Assembly: GCA_051453625.1 (NCBI GenBank)
Contig: JBOZIK010000001.1
Location: 16,308,150 to 16,352,029 of the forward strand
Source of the DNA: Welwitschia mirabilis
Lineage: Eukaryota
Direction: 5' to 3'
Length of the DNA: 43,880 bases
Shown piece by piece: positions 24,701 through 38,721 of this stretch (positions are counted from its first letter, which is position 1; every line of letters starts with the position of its first letter). Under the pieces are notes generated by a model, which was not told the DNA's origin, did not search any database, and saw only the letters and a program-made list of their open reading frames with translations. A program made the translations under genes and the position numbers.

Positions 24701-27700
24701 ATTACCACATAGTAAAATTAGCACTAGCATATCATGAACATTACCCTTAAAATCTACTAAACTTAGTAGATGTACCCTTATTGCTAATCTATAACTAGAT
24801 AGAGATCAATGATGATTACTTACCTCATCCAAGTAAGAATCAAAATTTAGGATAATAACATTATTATTAGCCTTGATCATCTCAATATCTAGATTAGAGA
24901 TTAGAATAGTTATTTTCCTTACATTTGTTGATTCTTTAGCTTATGAGTTAACTTCCTCCTCCACCTTAAGGCTAGTATTTCTGAAGATATCTTATTAAAG
25001 TTATGAGAAACATGGTACATTGAAGGAAATTTTTATTTACCTCTTACAAACTTAAATTTTGCAAAGTTCAAGCCCCTCAACAGGAAGAATTTTTAAAGGT
25101 TACTTCTAATTAAGAATATTGAACCTATTTTTGTTAGTATTAGATGGATTTAACCTCATATATAATTACCTTATGATTAAAGTTTTAGAACCTATCTTAA
25201 ATAAAACAACATAACATAGCACAACTCACAGATTTTCTAGAATTATGTAAAGTCCCTTCATTAAGAAATTATTTTGGAGAATCTTCATTTCTCTTAGAAG
25301 AGAACACGATTTTCCTTAGAAAGTGATGTGGTGAGGAAAGGAAACATTTGTAATCATTTCTACACAACTATTTAATTTTAGTTAAACAAATTAATTGACT
25401 TTTCTTTTCTACTTCTTAAAAGGATCTTAAAGAAAATTATTTATATGAGAATCCTTTTATATATTCTGCTTATTCTTTATCGTCCGCATATTTGACATCA
25501 AAATTAATTAGATTAACATCATAGATTCGGCTTCTAAAAAGCTAATCCACTAATATGAATCATACACTGATTTAAAAATATTAGCCTTTTAGTAAATAAA
25601 ACCTATAAGGTGCATATAGTAATAAACACACTATAAAATTCATCTCTTACATCTCTCTATAATTCTTCCCTCCTTAATGTTTTAAGCATCATAGTTCTAC
25701 CAACATCACTTAAATTATCTATAACAACTATTCCTAAATGCATCAACACTATAAGAACTTAAATATTGATAGAAATAAGTTAACTCCATGAAGCGGGATA
25801 TTGTTTAAAATAAGAGTCTATCATTTAAAGTTCTAAATGGAAAACATCAAGTGAAGAATAGAAGAAGCTATATGATAAGTAATATAAAGCAAGAAAAAAG
25901 TAATATTAATAGGTTATTAGATCTACTCAAACATATGACAAGTATGCATTAGGAGGAAAGATTAAAATTGATATGCTAATGAGTTTCTCAGAACCATTGG
26001 CATAAGAAGGAGAAACTACCCAGTTTTCCTTGGCTAAATTATTTTCATAAAGTACTAGAGTAGACGGATCATCAAAGAATTATTATTGCTAGTCATTACA
26101 GATTCATAGAATATGGAAATTCTACTAGAATGCCTCATTTCCTTACCATCATCAAGTTGGCATTGATAATGGAAGTGAAATTTGGGTAAACATTTGAGGC
26201 TATAGAAATTAAAGATTAAAAGATAAAAACCTATAGATTAAAAATTAAAGATTTAAAATCATAAGTCATTTTTGGATTCATCCTCTTTTGCCATCTTTGT
26301 TATTAGTTACTTTTGCATCTTAGCAACAATGAGGGATTAACAATATTCTTTGAATCTTTCCATATATGTTTCATCAAAAGAAACATTCACACATAATAAA
26401 CCCAGCTATAATTAATATTTTAGAGAATTGATGATTTAAAAGAAAAAAGATGTAATTGATCTATTATGTCATTTATCAATTAAGGAATTTAATTAATAAA
26501 AGTATGAAGTAAGGATGAATATCTTAGTTGGTTATTAGAAACTTTTATTAGCTAGTAGGTCCTAAGATCAAGTATTGGAGATAATAGTTTTAATAAATAA
26601 CTTAAAATTGGGTGTTACATTTAGTTAAAAGTTCCATTTAGTAATAATATTAGATTTATTATTAGTCAAAATATATAATGGCTTAACTTGATTAAATCCC
26701 ATTTAAATGTTAGCTAATACTATTATCTTAGTTTTAATTTAATTCTTAAATAATAAACTTAGATTTTATTCCTTACTAATTATTTTATTGATTGGGTCTT
26801 CTTTCACATCATGGGCCTAACTCTGAGATCTTGGTTATGTCATACATGTTATATATACATGATGGGTTTTTTTTTTTTAATCTCATTTTTAGTTCTTTCA
26901 TTTAATCTCTTTAGATAAATTTATAATTTTGAGTTTATTTCACACATTTTTTCCTTAACTTGTTAGGAATTAGAATGCTATATTAGATCATGAAGTGGAA
27001 GATTCAACTAGATAATATAGGTAGAAGTGTTAGAGAGGAATTAGATGAAGTATATAACATAGTAGTGTAGAGGAGAAGAGACTTATAATCTATAAGTTTA
27101 ATCTTAAGGAATTTCTATATAAAATCTTTTGAGGTAAATGTCATAAATTAGAGTGAAAGATTGTTATGTTGCAATAGTCCAACTTTATTTTGGTTTTTAA
27201 CAAAGCAAGATGGTCATTAAGATATTTTGGCTTATGGAATTGTATCATTTTTAGCCACATGTAAGTATTTTTAACTATGTTTTTAGAAGTTGTTTGTAGT
27301 TAATTATGTGATTTATTTCCTAACCTCTCATGAATATATGGTAGTTCATAACATTTTCCTTAATTAGCTAAGATTTATGGCTTTAGGAAATGGAAAGATT
27401 AAAAGTTCATATATAGAAAAAGATTTTTTGATAACTTTGAAGTTGACATACATATATAATACAATGTTTAAAGGGTACATGTCATGAAGACAAGTGAAGA
27501 GTAGAGGAAGAAGAAAATTTCTAGAAGTTTGTTTATTCTAGACAAGAGTGATCATTGGTGATATTATAATGATCAACATCATTAATTAATAAGATTATGA
27601 ACAAATTTCCATGTTATTTAATTAAACCATACATTTGAAGATTGACTAGTTAAAGTTTTAAATCAATAAGAAACTATAGTTATACAAAGATGAAATCAAC

Positions 27701-27831
27701 TTATAAGTACAATGACTAGAAGATATAGAAGTAGAATTCACTTGAAAAATATGTAATAGATATATTGTAGTGAATAACTAAGCCTTCTTATTTATGTTTT
27801 AAGGATGACAGTTTTTAAAGTAGAGGAATAA

Positions 27832-29670
27832 TGTTACATCTAGAATTTCAAGGTTTAGATACTTCGCATAAATGTTTAATTAAAATAAATTTCTTTTTTT
27901 ACTATAAATCCTTAGGTTAGTCACATTATTGCATATATTTTAAGATTTATGGTGTTCAAATTTTTATTGTAAAATTCTATGAAATAATATCTCACATTCT
28001 TAACCAATTGTAAATTTGTCCCCATTGAAAACTCTTATGATTAATTATGATTATTATGAAATTTTGTAGCTATTGAATTTATATCAAGAAAATGATTCAT
28101 ATATGGTTTTTAAAAATTTCTTTTTATTATAATATTTTCATGATGAACATTAATATTTATTATTATGATATTAATGAACCCAATGGCCTGACAAGAAATG
28201 GAATAAGGGTAGTTACCAAATCTTTATCAACTTTTACCATCTTGAACACCCACCTTCATGATGTTTTGTATTCATATAAAAAAATCTTTACCAACTTTAT
28301 CACCTTAACCATCCTTTTTCATTATCTTTAATATTTACATATATAGAACCTTTAATAGCTTTCTCCATCTCAACTATCCTTTTTTCTAATGTTTTATCTT
28401 TATATTCTCATAACCATATACCTTCCATAAAAACTTTAGTTATAAATATGATCCTCTTCCCTTTTTTTCCTTACATTTATTTTTGAGAAGCCTTTGCTAC
28501 TGAACTTTATAGCTTGGATAATCCTTTAAGCCTTTAAGCCTTAAAATCTTTGCAAGTTCTTGAATCATTATTTTACTTTGGTATGGTTTATGTTTTCTTT
28601 TGATTTCTTCTTATATGGCCTTTATGGATTTTTGATTACTTATTGTATGATTTATGCTATTCATTACATTTTTTTTTTATTCTTGATTTTTCATTTATCT
28701 CTTACATAGTTCTTATCTATTACATCTCAAATATCCTTATGTTTTGGATCATTTTAATTGTTATTAAATTCCTATATAGTTATCCTTGCATATCATTTAA
28801 GAGTTGCTTAATTTATTTGTACTTCTTACACCTCATATTAATGCTTTTCTTAGGTACTCATATAATAACCCTTCTCTTTTATCAAATCCTTATGATAAGT
28901 TCTTAATTCAACTTGTTTTGGTTATTGACCTTGGTTGATGACTTTTAAATAAGAAAACTAAAACTAGACAAAATAATCAGTTGTTCAGACTTTGAATAAA
29001 GATGCTCTCTAAAGGGAGTTCCAAGGTCATGTAATTAAAATTATAGGATGAATAGGAATATGTAACCAATTTATCATTTGTCCCTCCTAGAATTGTATGT
29101 AATTGAATTAATGAAATCTGTGATGAAGTAATAGTAAACAATATTAATTTAAATGAAGCCTTGGTCTTTTTTGGATTATTATTAATATTCCTTTTTGATT
29201 GAGAACCCTTATCATTCCAACCCTTACCATGGGTTATATTAGGAACTTTAAAGGTTATGGTTCTCACATCATATTATTTGTGTTAAATAGGTAATTCAAT
29301 GGAGCATAAGAAAAGTTGATTTGTCTTGTCAAGAAGGGAATTTGGAAATTTTGATTTTCTAGCTTATGATTGAAAAATTGTTAAAATGAAGTGATTTATT
29401 CATGTTTGTACTTATAATCTATTACATATTATGGTTTATCTTTGTCATATTATGTCAATATGATGATTTTATTATTTTAAATATAAAGAGGTATTTGTTT
29501 TCTCTGTATTTAATCATGATATGAGTTATTTACCTCCTTAACCTATAAATGTTATTTATGAATATATTTTTATATATATTTAGAATTTATAAGAATTACT
29601 CACTTAAATATTTAATAAAAACATTTGTGAAATAATAATTTTGTTGTTGTGGAATTTCTAGGATGTTACA
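27832..29670 (+). repeat. LTR B (shared central LTR)
   Basis: TGTTACATCTAGAATTT...AATTTCTAGGATGTTACA (near-perfect ~18-bp terminal inverted repeat). Preceded by purine-rich AAAGTAGAGGAATAA and followed by AT-TGGTATCAAAGC (PBS). Confidence 0.92.
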
Positions 29671-32600
29671 ATTGGTATCAAAGCACTAGGTTGTAATTTA
29701 ATTAGGATTTGTGAAGCTATTAGACATCAGAATCTAGGTTGTAATCTTAATAGACATGATTAGTGTGAAGCCATTATGAGAGTTTAAGTTTCATTTTACT
29801 AAGCATAATTGTTGTAAAACTTGTTCCATAAGCTAGATGATAGAAGCTTTGTCTATGATCAACTTGCCTATTAATACAATCTCATCAAGCAACTATGAGT
29901 AACAACATTTATTTAGAATGAAAAGGACATATTACTTTTATAATTTCTAGATAAGTTAGTAAGAAAATTTATTTCATTAAATATTATCCTAGGATATGAA
30001 TAATATAATTGTTATTTCAAGGGTTATTTAAGATTAAATAAAACTATCGAATATAAAATATGCGCTTATCCCATAAACATGTATTAATTAGTTAAGACTA
30101 GAAATATAATAACAATGGAGAAGTGATGTAAGTTTAATTAGTAATACTACTTTAATAAATTCATATGTCAGTCATTCAGAATATTTCTTGCAAATAAAAT
30201 TAATTTCATCTATGCACTTGACTAGAGAAAATCCTATAGATCTAGTTTTAAAAAAATTCTTTGTCTTCATTAGAGAACCTTTAAAATAACTTGTGAAGTC
30301 TAAACCAAAACTAACTCTTGAATGTATAGAGTACTTTCACTAGTAGTAGTGGTTAATCTAGGTCTAAGACTTAATTTCCTTGGATGTTCCATCAAAGGAC
30401 TAGTGCATGAAGTCATTGGTTTTAAGAGTTATGACTCTACTTTAGTGTCATTAATTTTCTCATCTCCATTAAAAGCATAATGATATTGTATTATTCTTTT
30501 GCATATAAGAAATCTATGCAAAGAGAAAAACACCATTCATGCCATGATAACTACAAATTTAATAGCTAAGACTTCTTGTGTAAGATGAGAACATGGCAGA
30601 AGGTCTTCCTTGCTTCCTTTGCCATATAAAGATAATAACTATAGCTCTTTACCTATATGATGTAGTGAAAATAGGGTTATTGTCTAGGGTTTTTAAAATT
30701 TGTAACTCAAGAGGGGAAAACCATATTTAATTCTTGAAAGAGACATAATAGTAAGAACAAATGGAATGACACAAGGAAGAAGGAAACAAAAGGGGATTCT
30801 AATTGCCTAATCTATCATCTTTATTAGATTTAATGCACTTAAAAATGATAAGAACTATTACCAGAATGGCTCATTGCCACATTTACACTACATAGAATTA
30901 GAGTTAGGCTTTTGTGAAAGAAATTATAGATAATTTAAGTTATTCATTTAAGTTCTTTAAGGTGAAAGAAAATGTAGAAATAAAAACAAAGCATTCTTTT
31001 AAGTTTCCTATAGTTTCAGCATTATTTATATTGGAAACAACTCATAGATTCTCTTAGACATATCTGAAAAAGATGAATTCTATTGAACTTTTATTGTCTC
31101 TACTTATTATAAACATAGATAACTAGATTTTACTAGAAGTATTTTTAACATAATATCTAATGGGAATAGCATGTATTTAAATGTAATAATTCTAGGACAT
31201 TCATAAATTATTATAGGAAGCATGATAACTATTCAAAAAAAAAATACTAAACAAAAAATTCATATCATGAATAGCACTAATCATTGCTTGTTGCCTTCTA
31301 AAAGAAGATTTCTTTATTTTTATTTAAGGCCTATTATTTTATTGTGTTGACTTAGGTTTTTTTCCCTACCAAGTTATTGGGGAAATGCACCATGTTAACC
31401 CTTCTTGATCATACTCCTTGTTAGTTTGTCATGTTTGACTGGCACTTCCTCTAGTTCTCATCTTTTCTTCTTTGAATGTACTATTTTGTATACCATAATA
31501 ATTGATCTATTATAGCATCTTGTTAATAATTCAAGAACTACCAAGAATGAAGGCAAGAGGAAATTTAATGATTTATCTAATTTCTATCAATAATAAAGTC
31601 ACTAAACAGTGGTGGAGTTGTTGGCCTTATTTTACAATCTAATATATCTGGTATTAAAATTATCACTTAAATTAATTCTATTACCAGGGGATTTTATCTT
31701 AAATCTTAGATATGTGAAAACAGCAATAAAAGAAGATCTTGAATGATGTCTATTAGATTATAAAAAGCTTTAAGATCTAGTTTCAACATCAATAAAGCCT
31801 AATATTTTCCTTTCTTTACATAAATTAGCAGCTCATCTGATCATTTACAATATATATAATTCTTTCTTTATCTTTTATCACTTAATTATGCATGATACTT
31901 ACTATCTAAAATGTTAGTATAATCCTTTTATTTCTTGATGTATGCCTTAAAACTAGTGCTATATCTCTTAGTGTAAGATGAAGCCTAAATGATGTAACTA
32001 AAGCTTTAATAGACTATTCTCTAATTTTGAGAAATGTCTTATACCACTAAGAAGAGAGAATAGTAAACTATAGCTTTTAGAATGCATATTAACAATGTTC
32101 TATTACTTAATACTTCAATCAGATGATAGTAAAATAAATGAAATGATAAAATAATAGCAATATGGCCTACTACCACTTCCACAATATAAAGCTCTTAAGA
32201 AGTCCAGTGCATACTATAACATTTTATCTAGCTCTTATGATTGGTGTGCATGAGATAAAATAATATCAACATGGCCTATTGCAACTTTTATAATATAAAG
32301 CTCTTGAGAAGTTTGGTGCCTAATATCTTCACATAGTGAAATTAGCACTATCATAGCATGAATCATTTCTAGTTAGTTTAGTATTTCACCTTTGAAATAT
32401 ACTAAATTTGGTAAATGTATCCTTATTCCTAATCCAAGCCTAGATAGAAATCAATAATGTTTACTTAACTTAGCTAAGTAAGAATTTTAGTTTAGGATAA
32501 TAGGATTCTTGCTAGTCTCGATCATCTCAATATTTAGATCAAACATTAGAATAGTCATTTATCCTTACATTTTTTAATGCTTTAGATCATGAGTTGACTT

Positions 32601-35600
32601 TCTCCTATACCTTAAGGTTAGTGTTTCTTGAAGATAGTCTTATTAGATTTATGAGACTTATAACAAGATATTTGAACTTATATCCTCTCTTGAAAACATT
32701 AGCCCAACCTCTTCTTATACATTCATTTTGGAAGAACCTCATTAACAAGAAGTCTTCTTAGTGGCTTATTGAAGAGAGCTCTTAACACTACTCTCTACTA
32801 CCTTTTAATAGCTAATAGGCCTTCTTGGTAATGTTTCTTTGTATATTTTAGCATATCCACTTTTTACATTTGGTTCTAATTAAGAAATTACTCTATTTAT
32901 AACCTACAAGATTACCAGATATCACTATTAATAATACTATAGGATGTCATTGAGGTATGCCTTCAGAAGTAGGGTACCTTGAAGGGAATTTTTATTTACC
33001 TCTTACAAACTTAATTTTTGCAAAATTAAAGCTCCTTGAGAGGAATATTTTTCAAATATTATTCTAATTAAGAACATTAAACCTATCTCTATTAGTCTCA
33101 GATGGAATTAACCTTAAATATGATTATCTTGTGATTAAATTTTTAGAACTTATCTTAAGTAAAGTAACATAACATAGTGCAATTTATAGGATTTTCAAAA
33201 TCATGTAAATCCCCTCCATTAGGAAATTCTTCTAGTGAATCTCCATTCCTCTAAGAAATGAGTAGTCTTTTCCTTAGAAGTTAATGTAATGAAAAAAGGA
33301 AATATCTGTAATCATTTTTACATAACTATTTAATTTCACTCAGATGACTTATTAGACTTGTTTTTTCTATTTTGTTAAAGGATCTCAAAGAAAATTATTT
33401 GTATAATCAACCTTACCTATATCCTACTTCTTTTGTAGTATCTGCATATCTGACATCGAAATTGATTATATTAACATAATATATTTATCTTCTAAACAAC
33501 TAACCTAATATTGATCATTCATTAACATAAAAAGATTAGCATTTTAGTAAATATAACCTATAAGGCATGTATAGCAATAAATACACTTCTTATAATTAAT
33601 CCCTACTTAATGTTTTAAGCATCACAATTCTACCAACACCACTTAAATTATCTCTAACAAATATTCCTAAATGCCTCAACACTGTAAGAACTCCAAGATT
33701 TGTAGAAAAAAATTAAATCAATGAAGCAAAATACTATTTGAAAGAATAGGCTACTGTTTAAAGTTCCAAATGGAAAACATCAAGTGAAGAATAGAATAAG
33801 TCATATGAAGAGCAATACAAAGCAAAGAAAAAGTAATATTCACAAGTTATTGAATCTAGTTATAAGTATGACAAGTATGCATTAAGAGGAAAATCAAAAT
33901 TGATATGCTAATGAGTTTCTCAGAATCATCGGCATAATAAGTAATAAATGCTCATTTTTTCTTGGATGAATTATTTTAATAAAGTGCTTGAGTATATGAG
34001 GAGAATGGATGCCTGGAGAATTGCTATTGCTAGCCATTGCAGATTCATAGAATATAGAAATTCTACTAGAATGACTTATTTCTTTACCACAATTAAGTTT
34101 GCATTAAAAACAAAAGTGAAATTTAGGTAAATATTTTAGTCTACAAAAATTCAATATTGAAAGATGAAAACTATAGATTATAAAATAAAGATATAAAATC
34201 ATAGGCCATTTCTAGGTTCATCCTCTTGTTCCCTCTACATTCTTAATTACCTTCGCATCTTAGCAACAATGAGGGATTGACAATTTTCTTTGAATCTTTT
34301 TGCCTATGTTTCATCAAAGAAACTTTCACATGTAACAAACCTAATTGTAACCAAACATTTTACAAAACTGATGATTTAAAAGAGCAAAGAGGTAATTAAC
34401 CTATTATGTCATTTATCCCTTAAGAACTTTACTTAACAAAAGTACCAAGTAATGATGAATATATCAGTTGTTATTAGAAATGTTTATTAGCTAGTTAGTT
34501 CTAAGTTCAAGTCTTATAAATAACATTTATAATATATGACTTAAAATTGGGTGTTACATTTATTTAAAAATTCCATTTAATAATAATCTTAGATTTCTCC
34601 TTGGTAAAGATATATAATGGCTTAACTCGAATAAATCCCACTTAAATATTAGCTAATGCTATTATGTTAGGTCCAATTTAGTTCTTAAATAATAAACTTA
34701 AACTTTATTTCTCACTAGTTATTTATACTAATTAAGTCTTCTCTCATATCATGGGCCTAACTCTGAGCTCTTGCTTATGCTATACGTGTTATGTATACAT
34801 GGTTTGTCTTTTCTTTTTTTTTTTTAATCTCATTTATAGTTCTTTTATTTAATTTCTTTGGCTAAATTCATAATTTTGATTTTATTTCACACATTTTTTC
34901 CTTAACTTATTAGGATTTAGAATGATATATTGGGCCTTGAAGTGGAAGATTCACTAGATAATATAAGTAGAACTATCATAGAGGCATTAGAGGAAGTACA
35001 CAACATAGAAGTGTAAAGAAGAAAAGACTTATAATCTAAAAGTTTAAGCTTAAGAAATTTCTATAAAAAATCTTTTGAAGTAAATATCACAAATTAGAGT
35101 GAAATATTATTATATTGCAATAGTCTAAGTTTATTTTAATTTTAGATAATGCAAGGAGATCAACAGGATATTTTTGCTTATGAAATTGTATTATTTTTAA
35201 ACACATGTGAGTATTGTCAACTATGTTCTTAGAATTTGTTTTCAATTAATTATGTGATCTCTTTTCAAATCTCTAATGAAGATATGGTAGTTCATAATGT
35301 TTTCCTTAATCAAGTAAGCTTTATAACCTTAGGAAATAGAAAGATTAAAAGTTCATGTATAGAAAAAGAGTTTTTGATAACTTTAAATTTAATATACATA
35401 TATAATACAATCTTTAAAGAGTGCATGCCATTGAAACAAGTGAAGAGTAGAGGAAGAATGAAATTTCTAAAAGATTGTTTATTCTAGACATGAGTGATGA
35501 TCAGTGATTTTAAAACAATCAAAATCATTGATTAATAAGGTTATGGATAACATTCCCTCTTGAATCAATTGACAGGTCTAATGCATTAGATAAAACATAG

Positions 35601-36641
35601 TTTTAGAACTCAGTCTACATAGCACAACGTCATCAAAGTACTAATCTTAGCTAGCATCTATTTTATCTGGCAAAGCATAAATGAAAAATTATTCAAGAAA
35701 GCTAAGTTTAGGCCTCACCATCTAATTAAAGAAATTCAATCTCAGTTAAAGATCAACCTTGCTTCTATACAGAGGATGAAAGACAACAAAAAAAACCATT
35801 TTTGCTATCAAATAATGGACATCTTTCTTCAGTTTTTGGATAGAAGAAATTAATAGTTTTACACCTTCTTTCCTATCTTCAAGCATAGTTTCATTCTAAT
35901 TGGCTTTCTAAGGAATCAAGTAGATAAGCCTACTATGATGTTAGATAGTAGAATGTGAGTATGTTAAGAATCTTCTATTTCTAGATAGTGCTTTACTCCT
36001 AGTCCAGTCCTCATCCAGAATGCAATCAGGCTAGTCTAGCTAGAAGCCTAGCCAAGTGTTATTAGCTTCTGGCTCATCTAATTCCATTAGTAGAAGAGAA
36101 ACAGATTGAAAGATTTAATGCCCTTGCCTTTTCTCAGGGCGGTGAGCAGGAGAGCTCCAAAGGTCTAATATCTAAAGCTAAGAGTGAGAAATATTAGAGG
36201 AAAATCACTAATTCAAGAACTTTTTCAAAGCCTTAGCATATAGTAGCAATCTTGAAGATCAACCAGTTTAAAATAGCTAGTATTGCATTTTTGTAGATCA
36301 CTGTTTTAAACTTAAAACTTTAACCTTATCTATATTAAGCCTAGTTTTTTCCATCTTATGTATGAGTCTATAGTAATAAAAATTTCAATGTTCATTTAAA
36401 AAATTGAAAAAGGTTATGGACAACATTCTACCTTATTCAACTAAATCAAAAGTTAACCAATTAAAGTTTTGAATCAATTGGAAACTATAGCAAAAAACAG
36501 ATAAAATTAACTTATAAGTATAATGACTAGAAGAGATAGAAGTGGAAGCTACTTGAAAATATGAAATAGATGTATTTTAGTGAAGAACTAAGCCTTTTTA
36601 TTTAGGTTTTGAGGATGAAACTTTTTAAAGAAGTGGAGTAA
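29671..36641 (+). mobile_element. Internal region 2 of the LARD (uninterrupted, ~7 kb, no recognisable gag/pol)
   Basis: Collinear with 14057-15000 plus 22999-27831; no RT/INT/PR/gag motif recognised by manual reading. Confidence 0.8.
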
Positions 36642-38477
36642 TGTTACATTTATACTTTTAAGATTTAGAGAATCAGCCTAAAAGTTTAATTGAAATAAAT
36701 TTTTTTCTTATAAATCCTCAAATTAATCAAAATATTTTATATATTTTAAGATTTCTATGCATAAATTTTTATTGTGAAAATTCTATGTAATAATTTTTCA
36801 TGTTTTAAAGCAATTAAAAATTTGTCCTTCTTGAAACATCTTAAGATTAATTATGATTGTTGTGAAATTTTGTAATTATTATATTGTTATCTAAAAAATA
36901 ATTTATATATGATTTTTGAAAATTTCTCATTATTGTAATATTTATATTATGTATATAAATATTTATTTTTATGATATTAATGCATCCAGTGGCCTGACAA
37001 GGAATGGAATAAGATTGGTTATTGAATCTTTACCAACTTTTACCATCTTGACCACCCTTGTTCATGATGTTTTATCTTCATATATATAGAATACTTATTA
37101 ACTTTTGCCACCTCAAATATCCTCCTTCATGATGTTTTGTCTTTACATATAAAGAATCTTTACCAATTTTTGCCACCTTAACCATCCTACTTTCTAATGT
37201 TTTATCTTAATATTTTTATGACACTATACCTTCCACCAAACTTTTGTTATAAATAGGATCATTTTCCCTCTTTTTTCTTACTTTAATTTTTGAGAAGCCT
37301 TTGCTACTAAAATTTTGATCTTGGATAAGCCTTTGAACATTCAAGCTTTAGAATCTTTGAGATTTCTTGAATATTTATTTTAATTTGGTATGATTCATAT
37401 TTTATTTTGATTCCTTCTTGTATGGTCTTTATGATTTTTTTGATTACTTCTTATATAGTTTATAATATTCATTACATTCTTGTATGGTTCTTAAATTTTC
37501 ATTTATCTCTTACACAGTCCTCATCTCTTGCATCTTAAATAGCCTTATGTTTTAAATGATTTTAATTGTTACTACATTCTTATATGGTTATCTGTGCATA
37601 TCATTTAAGAGTTACTTACTTTATTTGTACTTCATACACCTTATATTGGTACTTTTCTTGGGTAATTGTATCACAACCCTTCTCTTCTTATCAAAGCCTT
37701 GTGATGAATTCTTCGTTTAACTTGTTTTGATTATTGGCCTTGGTTGATGAATTTTAAATAAGAAAATTAAAACTAGCTAAGGTAACTAGTTGTTTAAACT
37801 TTAGAAAGAGATTCTCTCTAAAGGAAGTCCAAAGGCCATAGGATGAAAATTCTATAATGAATAGGGAAAATGTGATCAATTTACCAATTATTCCTCCTTG
37901 ATTGTATGCAAGTAGATTACTAAAATCTATTGTGGAGTAACATTAAGGAATATGAATTTAAATGAAGCCTTAATCTTTTCTGGATTATTATTGATATCCC
38001 TTTGTACTTAAAAATCCTTATCATTTCAACCCTTGTCATGGACCATACTAGGAATTGTGAAGGTTATAGTTCTCATACCATATTATTTGTGTTAAATAGG
38101 TGATTAAGTAGAGCACAATAAAAGTTGATTTGTCTTTCTAAGGAGGATATTTGGAAATGTTAATTTTCTATCTTATGCTTGAAAAATTATTAAAATGAAG
38201 TGATTTTTCATCTTTGTACTTGTAATTTATTAAATCTTTTGGTTGACCTTTATCATATGATGACAATATAATACTTGAATTATCTTGGATATAAAGAGCT
38301 ATTGGTTTTCTCTTATATTTAAACATGACATAAGTTATTTATCTCCTTTACTTGTAAAAATTATTTATGAATATATTTTTTATATATTTAGAATGAATTG
38401 GAATTACTCGTTTAAATATTTAATAAAAGCATTTGTAAAAAAATAAGTTTGCATTGTGGAATTTCTATGATGTAATA
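36642..38477 (+). repeat. LTR C (3' terminal LTR)
   Basis: TGTTACATTT...TTTCTATGATGTAATA; preceded by AAAGAAGTGGAGTAA; followed by AGCTA and no PBS. Confidence 0.9.
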
Positions 38478-38721
38478 AGCTAACCACCACTCATCCTCAT
38501 AGGAAGTTTTTAATTCTTATTGCTAATGTATTAGCTCATAACATTAATAGCTAATGATAAAAAAAATGTTCATCATGATACCTAGCTATTAAAATAACTT
38601 TATTTGATCTTAAATGTTTTTAAAGCTCCATCAAGATCTTAATATCCTCTATGTAAATCTATGTATTAATAGACTATTATTACTAATGTTATTTTGTATT
38701 CTCCTTATCATTTAAGGCTTA

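Larger units (their letters stand above)
9106..38477 (+). mobile_element. Three-LTR tandem of a non-autonomous Ty3/gypsy-like (Tekay/Del-type ends) LARD
   Basis: Three homologous ~1.8 kb LTRs and two homologous internal regions. PBS at 14059 and 29673, purine tracts before 27832 and 36642. Flanks AGTTA (9101-9105) and AGCTA (38478-38482). Confidence 0.88.

Noticed and set aside
28092-29267. Short ORFs within LTR B (and 9320-9559 in LTR A, 22557-23097 at the Athila LTR)
   Set aside because: No recognisable motifs; chance ORFs in AT-rich LTR sequence
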